Translations under genes and position numbers: made by a program | Shown here: positions 46,403 through 56,094 of the stretch, piece by piece | Layout of the letters: every line of letters starts with the position of its first letter | How positions within the stretch are numbered: position 1 is the stretch's first letter | Assembly: GCF_000281045.1 (NCBI RefSeq) | Contig: NW_008246077.1 | Coordinates: 216,675 to 272,768 of the forward strand | Origin: Saprolegnia diclina VS20 | Lineage: Eukaryota | DNA length: 56,094 nucleotides | Direction of reading: 5' to 3' | Notes under the pieces: model-generated | Seen by the model: the letters and a program-made list of their open reading frames with translations, nothing else | The model's database searches: none | Told to the model about the DNA's origin: nothing

Positions 46403-47408
46403 CTAGGGAGACAAGGTTGGTGCGACGAGCGCGCGTCGTGTTGTCTCGGGGGGCGTCGCCGCAGCTGCGTCGACGATCGCGTTCGTAAAGAGTTCCAGCA
46501 TCTCCTCGCACACGCGTTTCGAGCCGAATTCGAGGTCGAGCGTCCGGGTCTTGGTTAGCAGCGAGCAGCAGTTGTCCGGCGTTGGGCGCATCACGCGGTC
46601 AAACACTGGGGTTCTCGGACCGTGGACGACGCGCACTACGCTTTCGAGGAGCAGTCCCATCTGCGTGTGTGCGCAGCGACCACCGGGTCGCGACGAACTT
46701 GGGCGTGGGCTTGTCGTGCCAAAGAAGGACCGCGCGACGGACGATGATGGCGTCATTGGATCGCGAATCGACTTTGACGACCACGTGAGAGTGTGGCAGA
46801 CGTCGCAAATGCGCACGTGCGTCGCGTGGGGAAAGCCGTGCCGGCCGTACTTGATGGCGTGGACACCGCGTGGCCCGTAGAGGTCGCTGCGCAGGTCCGA
46901 GATGGGGCGTGGCGGAAGTTTCTCCCGTCCCGCTTTCATCCACGGGTGCATTCGGAGTGCGAGAGCCGACGGACGATGCGAAGGAATCACCGAGAGCATG
47001 CTGCGGATCTACGAGAACGAGATAAATGTGCGCGAATAGATGTTGCATTCCTGTACCAGGCTCTTGATCTCGTCCGAGACGCACTGCCACTCCTTGGGTG
47101 GGAAGACCACCTCGAACGTATGCTTTCGCAGCTTGTGCAGCTTCATCGGGAACGGCGGGTAACCACAAAGAAGAATGTAAAAGACGACACCGAGGCTAAA
47201 GATGTCGACTTCGCACCCTAATAAGAGAAATAGTTGCATAATGCATCCGCCTGTCTGTTTGCATCTGTGCTTGTGTACCGTACGGGTGGCCGTTGAGGAC
47301 CTCGGGGGCGGCATAGCCTGGCGTACCGCACGAGTCGGACGCGCGCTCATCCACGGCAATGAGCTGTCGAGCAAAGCCAAAGTCACAAAGCTTGATCATA
47401 TGACCGGA

Positions 47409-47441
<33 letters not shown>

Positions 47442-48077
47442 GATGACGCAGCGCGAGTGGCAGTAGTCGACGGCCTCAAGAAGCGCGGCCATGATGAATT
47501 GCGCCTCCGTCTCCAGCAGCTTTCCGCGCTTGGTAACGCGGTCAAAAAGGTCGCCGCCGTCGAGGTACTCGACCACCATGTAGCATGTCGCGTCGTCGTC
47601 AAACACTTCGTGGAGCTGCATGACGTAGTCGTGGTTGAGCTACCGCGGTCATGAGCATCTCTCGTTTGCACTGCATGCATACCTTTTTGAGCACATCAAC
47701 TTCTTGGCTCAAGGCGTGACGATCAACTTTTGAAAGCGCGGACTTGTCGATGATCTTGGCGGCGAAGCAACCACCGTGTCTCTTGTGTGTCACTTGCTTG
47801 ACGAGCGAGTACGAGCCGTTACCAAGATCCTTCGTCACTTCGTAGAGCTCGTGGAAGTGCGCTCGCTTTCGCGGTGTTGGCAATCGCGGTACCTCGAGCG
47901 CGACCGTTGCGGGAACTTCCTATGTTTATGCAGCGCGCATGAGAGGCTACAGCACCCGCTGGAAGAGCGTACGACGGGCGCGGAGGTCGGCGGCGCGCCA
48001 GCTTTCGGTGGTGCAGGTCGCTTGAAGAAGAGGCTTCGGAGGAGGCTGAACGGAGACCGGTCCTTCGTCTCCGCCAT
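46403..48077 (-). CDS. CAMK-group Ser/Thr protein kinase with C-terminal PH-like domain, multi-exon
   Basis: LGNGSYSLV, FAAKII, GGDLFDRV, HRDIKPEN, CDFGFA, CGTPGYAAPE, LLCGYPPF. C-terminal IKYGRHGFPH...LTW...CCSLLTKTRTLDLEF. Confidence 0.93.
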
Positions 48078-48908
48078 GGTTTCCGATTCTGGCGACGGGA
48101 AAAACGATCGCAATATTCCCGATCGCGCTAAATTTAGAACCCTTCACATAAGTTGGCTGACGCCAGCGTCTTGGCACGCCACGTCATAGGGTATCGGTGT
48201 CCTCAACCCAGCCGTGTCGTCCCTGGCGTCATGCTGCCGGGAGCATTTCCATTCTTTATCTACTTCCCCCTTGTGCGAGCCTTCTATGCATGCTATCAAG
48301 GCGAGCACCTCGTGGAACAGAGCTGTCGCCTGTTGCTTACACAGAGCCAGCTTCAAGAAGCAGCTACTTCAAATGGAGGTCCGGCGGTGGAGCATTCCAT
48401 GTTTGCGGCTACTCGCTGCCTCCATCCGCGTTAGTGTCCCGGTGTTCGCCTTGCTTGTCCTGCTCGCGCGTCAAAAAGCACTGGCGGGACGATCGTCATG
48501 GAGATTCAACGATGATGACGTATGCAACCGTGCAAGCGTTGCTCAAACCCGAATGCACCCGTGGCGCGGTGAGAATGAACGAGCTGATTGTGCTTGAGAT
48601 CGCACTACAACGCAAGTGCTCTTGCGTGAGCGTGTGAAGAAGAGCCTCTCATACTTTGTTCGAGGTATCCAAATCTTGGTCCGAGACGGACCTTTTCGTA
48701 TCCGACGAACCCGATGGAACGCGGCTTTCTTGGCTATTGTATGTCTTTTATGAGTGCCGTTTTGCGGCACGCGCCGTCCACCTCATGTGGTATCCGGTAT
48801 ATCCGGATAAACCTGCCGGTCTCAATGTTCGATGGCTTTTTACGGGCGCGGGGAACTGACTGGTTTTCCTCCATACATTTTCGGGACTTTGGTTTTTTCA
48901 TTTCGACG

Positions 48909-49975
48909 ATGCTCAGCCGCTTTGCCCTCCGCTCCGCCACGGCCGCGCGCCGCTCGGCCTTGAAGCCCGTTGGTGCTTCGTTCCACACGGGTACACGCAT
49001 CGCGAGGTAGACAAACGAAGTCTCATAAGGCCATGTAGGTGCCCTCCGCCTTAAGGAAGAGAAGGAAGGCGAGGTCGCCGTCGCCGCCGAGAACCACGAC
49101 GGTGTCTTCCAGAAGATCGGCCTCGATGACTGGAAGATCTCGATGCCGCTCGTGCTCGCGTGCTCGATCCCTGCGCTCAGCAACGGCGTACGCCTGTCGT
49201 CTCTATGCGATCATGGGACTAACTCCCATTCTAGTTCTATGAGCTCGGCGCCGAGTCGCAGTTGGCGTGCTGCTTCCTCCTCTTCTGCACGTCGGCGTAC
49301 AAGTTCGGCGGTGATGCCGTTGGCTCGTATTTTGAAGCCCGCGCCAACGCCATCTTGGCGTACGTTCTCCTGGTGTCGATGTATGCCCACTAATGTGTTT
49401 GGCGGTATAGTGAGCAGAACGCCGTCGAAGACGCCAACCTGGCTGTTGCCAAGGAGACGTTGAAGGCCCACGAAGCCATCTTGACCATCCGCAAGGACAT
49501 TGATGCCTTGGGCGTGGCCCACGAGGAGGCTCTCGCCTTGATGTGCCGCGTCCAGTCGCAGAAGTTGCGCCACAAGACGCGTGACGTCTACGTCAAGAAC
49601 TTGGAGGCCATCCACAACTTGGAGCAGAGCTACAACCAGCAGCTCCAGGATGCCATGATCTCGCAGGCTGCCGAAGCTGTCCGCTCGCAGTTCGCGTCGG
49701 GCAAGAAGGCCGTCAAGACGGAGGCGTTCCAGATGGCGCTTGACGTCTTGTCGGAGAAGCCCGACGACAACAAGCAGGACCCCGTCGCCGCCGCCTTCGG
49801 CAAGGAGCTCCGCGCGTTCGCCGAGAACCTCGAGAAGCAGCAGGGCACCGTCGTCAAGCTCTCGGAGGACGAGCACAAGCAGTTGCAGGGCGAATTGGAC
49901 GCCTTCCTCAAGCGCCTCGATATCCACAACGGCGACGTCAAGGCGCCCACGGAGATCAAGATGGAGTTGATCTAA
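48909..49975 (+). CDS. ATP4: Mitochondrial ATP synthase peripheral-stalk subunit b, nuclear-encoded, 4 exons
   Basis: Presequence MLSRFALRSATAARRSALK, two TM segments (IPALSNGFYELGAESQLACCFLLF...GGDAVGSYF), long soluble helix. Strong codon bias suggests high expression. Confidence 0.75.
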
Positions 49976-50829
49976 GGAGTAGACGACGACTCGTACAAGT
50001 ACCTGGCTTCTTGTCTCGCGGCTTGGTTTGTGGCCCGGTCAATATATTGATGAGAGATGATTGTGATCTACTAGTACATTATGACGAATGTGTTCTTGGT
50101 GCATTCTTGCAAGTCCTAAACAATTCAGTCTATGTCAGTCCCTCTGCACACTCGATGCTCCTACTAGTTGGCGTCGCCGTCGCACTGCCTGCTGAAGTGG
50201 CGCACGTGGCCATGTGCAGATGTGTGCTCGTCATCAAGGAAGGTTTCCTCGTGGAGTCGGTGAGAAAGGGACACCGGCGAGTTCATCGCTCAGGAGAGTC
50301 GGTTGACGCGACGCCCCTCTTTGTAGACTTACAACGGGAACCCGGTGTGTTTAATCTAGCGCGATGTGACCAACCTGCCTTGTACTGCTGTCTCTGAAGC
50401 GAAGCCAGCACTGTGCCACGTCGTCCTAGATCCACGTGGTTCTATCCCCTGACGCCAGTTTGCTTTGAAATCGCCTAACGTGCACATCCTATCTCAGGAG
50501 TAGCTACGACACTTGGATCATCGCTCAAATATCTGCAGCTGGCGTGCGCCCGCAAACTTGCGCGTGTGTTGACGGGATCCGCGGCACATTTTTTGCAGAA
50601 TATCGCCCCGGCAACGTCGCGTGATGCGTCTTAGTCGACCTAATGCGACTTCAAGTACTAATCATACACGGAAGCGCGTCACGCTCGACCCCTTCAGCGA
50701 CCTTCGTCGCCATCCTCCGCTTGGACATATCAACGCGTCGAGTAGCCGAGAGCGTCAGTGCTACACTACAACAACGTCCGCCGACGCACGCGGTGCATAA
50801 AAATGATCCAAGATGCACCATCAAGTGGA

Positions 50830-51594
50830 TTAAAGTCGCCGGGCGACGCTAAAGGACGACTTGGGTCCGGTGCGAAAGCCTGTGCACTCGACGTCATAGA
50901 CCGGTCCTGGCGTCTTGATACCTGCGTTCTGGCGCAGCCGCTTCTCCGAGCCAAACGTGGACGAAATGCAGGGCGACGCGTATTTGGGCGCGGATCCAGG
51001 CCCGGGCGTCGCGGTTGTTGGGCCTGGGCCTAACCCAGCGCCGTCGAGCGGCGGGCGCTTCGAGGTGCCAAAGCCAAACGCGTTTGTAACTTTATTGTCG
51101 AACGCGCCCGGCATGTTGTAAATGGGTCCAGGGCTCGGCGTGTTGTTGGTGCGGCTCGAGGACCGCGCCGCAATGCTAAACGAGAGGTCCGAGGCTGTGC
51201 GGGCCATGGACGACACTTGCTTCCCGCACGACTTAGGGGCCTCGTACGAGCCGATACCTACGTGCTCCCATCGTCGAGACGCAGTGCATGTACGTGCCTA
51301 CCAGCGACCGGCCGCTTTGAGCGCGGGTCCCAATCTTCGCGCGTGCTTGTGCCGAAGCTTTTGCTCATCGGACTGAGTGTGCCAGGTAGCTTGTACAACG
51401 CATCTGTGCAAGTTGAAGTTAGTGCGCTGGAGACACGCAGCAGTGAATATACATGTGTACGTGCCTGTGTTGGAGTGCGCGTTCTGCCACTTGAAGCGGC
51501 CTTCCGTCGTCGTGAAGGGCTGTGGCGTCCGATGCACGCCCTTCTTGGACGGTATCGAGAAGAGCGGTGGTGGCGCTGCCTTCTCGGTGCTCAT
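50830..51594 (-). CDS. SHIPPO/ODF3-like PGP-repeat (axonemal) protein, 3 exons
   Basis: Repeats SFGTSTR, PSPGPIY, FGFGTSKR, GPGP, TFGSEKR, TPGPVY, SFSVARR. Confidence 0.75.
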
Positions 51595-53109
51595 GCTACA
51601 AATCTGAACTCTCCTGGCAAGGCCCGTCACCTCGCGTTTTCATTGGCCGATATATTCTCATCGGCGCCACTGGATTGGCTTGTTCCCGCTATTTTTAACT
51701 CGCGTTTAACGTGCACCCGAACGACCGGGTCGAATGAGGTGCCATTGCGTGGGCAGATGCGCTCGACATGCGTGCGTGCGTGGCGACGAACTGGCTTGGT
51801 CGCTGTCGTTGCGTCAGTGAGCAGGGGTCTGGGACACGTGTGAAGGAAAACGGTGCTTGGAAGACGCGGGAGAATTCCGGCATCGCCGACATACGCCAGC
51901 GTCTACATGCGGCAACAGCGGGGATGCTGGAAAGCCGGTGCTTGCAATCGCCAGATGCGCTATCTGGTACAGAATAATGCACTCCGTAGACACTGCTTTC
52001 GTCGTTTGCTTTGCATTTCTGTGTTCCGAGCATTTCGCAGCGCGTCTTTTTCGTGTAATTTTCACTGTGCGCCAGAGGTGGCATCATGCAAGTGCGTACG
52101 CATTCGACTGCGAAGTGGCTCTCGACCGCCTCTAATACGAGCACGACAGAGCTCGCAATAGAGATCGTTGTGTCCCAAACTGTCCGGTCGCGATGGTCAG
52201 TATATTGGATATCAGCTTTAGAACAGAATTCCATCACGACTGATACCGACACAATAGTGTGCGTCTACTCATATCGTATTCTGGTGCCGCGTAAATGCGC
52301 TTATAGGCGTGTATCCCTCAAGTGAGATACATAATACTGATGCCATTTGCTTTTCGGGTGGCGCCGTTCGTCACCAGCTGCCAGCGACTTCCGGCTCTGC
52401 TGGCGACGACTTCCTTTCCTGGCGAAAGCGTCGCCCAACATTCTTCAAGTTGAACCAGATTCGATCGCGCAAGTGATCACGGCGTGAGAAAAGACGCCAG
52501 CGCCCATGGGGGACTTAAAACTAAAGTACGTGCGTGATTAGTAATCGCACTCCTCATTATTGTCAATGAGGGTGCGCCTTCTATAGAGGGCTAAGGGCTT
52601 AAAAGTCGCTGCGACTTCGCATCCTGTTGATCGAGTCGGGCCTCGCTTAACCTCACCCGAAGTTCTACGGGGCTGACATGAGGGTAGCTAGCTGCACAGT
52701 TACACCTTGACAAGTTACAACACTTCCCCAATTTCGTACGGCGGGCTTTCTGCCTCCTGCAACGTTGGTACCGGTACTGTACCAAGGGCATTGCCGACGC
52801 TTTCATTGAGCATCGACGTTGCCAGCTGCCGCACTAATCATCGAGCAGGTGGCGCAAGGCTGATGGTTTGGGACCTACGGTGCATATGGTAGGGTGGATG
52901 TACGGCTCCGCGCGCGTCACTCGATGCTGGGTTGGTCACACACAGACCAGCTGGTATTAGATCTAAGATCGAGACGGCTCAACTCCAAGTGAAGGTGAAA
53001 CAATACGAAGAGAAGTACCACCCTCCTGCGCGGTCGATGACACCTCGTGGATGATAAAAAGTTCGGCATTTTCCAATTTTCCTCCTTCCAAGCAACACCT
53101 CCCGACAAG

Positions 53110-53688
53110 ATGACCAACCTCTGCGCCTTCCGTAGCTGCGTCAACGTGGCGATTGCCGACGCCGGTGGCAAGTGCGAGTACCATAAAGACCGCAAGATGT
53201 GCTCCCGCGACGACTGTCAAAACCAAGTGTACGCCCGCAACCTTTGTGTGCGCCACGGCGGCAAGAAGCCATGCGCGTTCGAAGGCTGCCTCTCATACGC
53301 AAAGGGCGGTACCTTCTGCCTCAAGCACGGCGGCCAGTGCGACCGCCGCCTCTGCTCTGTCGAAGGCTGCGCCAAGCAAGCACACGCGCGCCAGCTCTGC
53401 GTCCGTCACGGCGGCGGTCGGTCGTGCAAGATCCCATCCTGCTCCCAGCACGTGCGCATGGGCGGGTACTGCCAGCGCCACTACCGCGAAAGCCTCACAT
53501 TGCGCGAACAAGCAACCACGGCTGCGGACGCGAACGGCTTTGACTTCGACTACATGCTGCTCTCGCTCCTCATTGACCGCGAAGCGTGGGAGCCGCTGGA
53601 CTTTGACGAGGCGACGACGTGCCACGAGATCAAGGACGAGGATTGGTCGCTGCTGCAAAGCCTCGACAACGTCGAGATCGCCCCGTAG
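53110..53688 (+). CDS. WRKY19-like C-x4-C...C-xx-HGG zinc-finger repeat protein
   Basis: About five repeats such as CSRDDCQNQVYARNLCVRHGG, CAFEGC...FCLKHGG, CSVEGC...LCVRHGG, then an acidic C-terminal tail. Confidence 0.9.
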   Translation: MTNLCAFRSCVNVAIADAGGKCEYHKDRKMCSRDDCQNQVYARNLCVRHGGKKPCAFEGCLSYAKGGTFCLKHGGQCDRRLCSVEGCAKQAHARQLCVRHGGGRSCKIPSCSQHVRMGGYCQRHYRESLTLREQATTAADANGFDFDYMLLSLLIDREAWEPLDFDEATTCHEIKDEDWSLLQSLDNVEIAP

Positions 53689-56094
53689 CTTCGTCGCCTC
53701 CCGACTTGCATGCCATTCCATTGCACAACCCTTATTTTATGAGCCCTAGTATTAGCAGCATTCAATTTATATGATCCCAATCACAAAAACTTGTTCTTAT
53801 TAATCATTTGCGACCTCCCGTATGAGCTAGTTAGGCTTGGAATCGAGGAAGCCCCGCCTGCCCGTGCACTGCAATGGAATACCGGTAAGGTTGCTGTGGG
53901 ATGTATAGGTAATCCACACACACTACATCGGACTGCCGCTGGAAGGGCCCACATGCGAAGAAAGCGGATTGGTATCTAGTTGACACGCAAGAGCAATGCG
54001 CCTCTACGGTGTACTCGCACACACGATTTGGATAGGCTGATCCAAGTGGGAGTTCGTGCCAAGTGTCCGGACAAAAGCATGTTTAATCTCGCTGTTTGTA
54101 TGTCGCGTGTCTTTTCTGCGAGCCGGATTCATGTAATTTGGCGCGGAAAATGTCTTGAAATGTCAATTTGGTGCACTGCCAATCCGGATAGTTGACTGAT
54201 ATCGCGTCGATCGGGTCACCTTATGCACGCACATGTCGAGAGACCCATCGCAGATTACATCGCGGTACACTACGCGCTTTACCAGTACTATTGTACTGTG
54301 TATTTGCGAAGCGCCACGTAGCGGTCTTGCGCTTTCTCCCGATTTGACTCTATGAGGCTAGTACCGGTAGTCCAATACCATGAACATGTTTCGTATATTG
54401 CAGAGAGCGCCTCGCAGTACCTACTTTGAAAGAGAACTTGAGCCGTGAATTTAGCTGAACTGGACGCCCAGGATTCTTTGCTCGGTCACACGGACCACGC
54501 GTTTGAGCTCGAGCCTGGGCTTTAGCCACAAGGTCATAGAATTTTCATGGACACTTGCTGAAGCGTTCCTTGCTGCATGTATGGTCAAGTGACGGGGGCA
54601 GACTGCTGAGCAACAGCAAGGAGAGTTCGAGAGACACGCTACACAAATGACGCGTGAAGTGTTGTTTCGAACAAGCTCAGAAATTTGACTATCCGAACAA
54701 ACAAACCTCCAAGTTGCAATTACACTTGGCTCCTTGACCTTCACGATGTGTCCCAAAGAGAATGTGATGTTCGTCCAGTGGCATTCCAGTTCTCGCCTCA
54801 TTTTGTTCGCTGCGGAATCACTTTTCACTATCCACAAGCAGCAGCACAGACCTGGCACAGCAGTGTGCAAAGTAAACTTTCAAGATGCGCTTCCCAAATG
54901 ATGGAGAAACGATACACAGTGATTTTACATCGGCACCTGGCAAAAAGCAGAGTCTTGGCTTCGCTGCCAGCATTGTGAACAGGTGGTATTCTGAGGCCTG
55001 TGATTGGTTGGTTTAAAGGTCCCCCATGTCACTGGAGCCAACAGGGCTGCCTCCATTTCATTGGCAGAAAATCTGGCTCTCGTTCTTCTGATTGGTGTAA
55101 AACACAAAATACAAAAGAACAAGTGGATACTTGGCGCCTTTTTGTCAAAGGCGTGGCGGGCCTCTCTCTGCCAAGTCCGAGAGAGGAGACCTACGTAGTT
55201 ACGTCTTCTCGTTTCGGAGCTACGTAGTCTTCCTCGGTAGTCTATCGATCCCGCAGCACTGGAAACCCTCGATTCCGGACCTTGTTCCGAGGCGCATTGC
55301 TCAGCAGGCGTCGAGGTGGTAGATGCAACGGAGAACGAGCACGTCTTTGTCTGCAGACAGCGTCGTCATCGCGACCTACACGCACACGAGATATCAGTGG
55401 ACAAGCGTTGCCGCATTGCGGAGACGTACTGGAAGTCCGTGACGTTGCGCGACGATGGGCTGTACTTGGTGGTGACGCGGGCGATGCACGCGATCATCGT
55501 TGTTGGCGCGCGCCCTAATACTGTATACACCCGTGACGACAAACTGGCGCTCCTTGGGACGTGGTTCATGTCGACAGTCGAGCGTAGCAATGTGCTCTAA
55601 GCGTTACGATGAAGGCGAGCGCAGTGATGACGACGCCGTGGTGGGCCGTGGGCGGCAGGATGCAAATGGGGCAATGCGCGTCGTCCCGAAGCCATTCCTT
55701 TCGGCGCCATCCTTTTGGCGCGAACCTCTCAGCCAATCAGCACCGAGCGCGCGATCCAGTTCGCGCGATTCCGTCTGACCAATCACCGTCGAGTTTGCAT
55801 GTTACTGTGAATCGCTGTTTTTTGCCTTTACCGTGTCTTGGACCCAGATATCGATTTAGCGGACCTCCGCGAGGTGGTCCAGGACCAACTTTTTTCGGAG
55901 ACGATACAGAGGCTTCTGATTGGCTGTTGGGCCCAAGTGACGATAAAAAAAATTACTGTGAATCGACCCATAGTGTGAGAGACACCGGGTCGGTACACCG
56001 GGTCGGTACTCTTGTTCAGGTGGCGTGTTGGGGTTATGTTGCCAAAGAAGGCGTATCGGTAGCAAGGGTTTAAAGCCGCTGGAGGTTGTTTTCG

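Noticed and set aside
55316..55600. 94-aa ORF, possibly the last exon of a small gene
   Set aside because: Coding-like, but no ATG start or family could be assigned by eye.

Overview
Eukaryotic, gene-dense DNA with many very short (about 40-60 bp) spliceosomal introns. Gene content (FYVE+START-like, GAF, HSF, WRKY19-like Cys/His repeats, nuclear ATP synthase b) and intron style point to an oomycete, probably Saprolegniales; this is inference. The first 8 kb is a transposon nest: a young Ty1/Copia LTR retrotransposon with non-canonical AGT...ACT termini, a GGTTC target-site duplication and no recognisable Gag, sitting inside a PIF/Harbinger-type MITE (13-bp TIRs, TTA TSD). About 20 host genes follow: ArfGAP, TAPT1/EMP65, DNAJC11, FYVE protein, multi-EF-hand protein, ALG1, HSF, TM-Tudor protein, tandem-GAF protein, class II (B12-dependent) ribonucleotide reductase, G6PD, degenerate kinesin, GNAT, RFT1, CAMK-PH kinase, ATP synthase b, SHIPPO-repeat protein and a zinc-finger-repeat protein. 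Highlights are a U12-type AT-AC intron in TAPT1, a 10-exon NrdJ with a mitochondrial-presequence-like extension head-to-head with G6PD, a kinesin lacking all nucleotide-binding motifs, and the unusual Copia termini. Three 100-N assembly gaps limit interpretation near 1.9, 8.7 and 21.6 kb. All calls are by eye, with no database searches.
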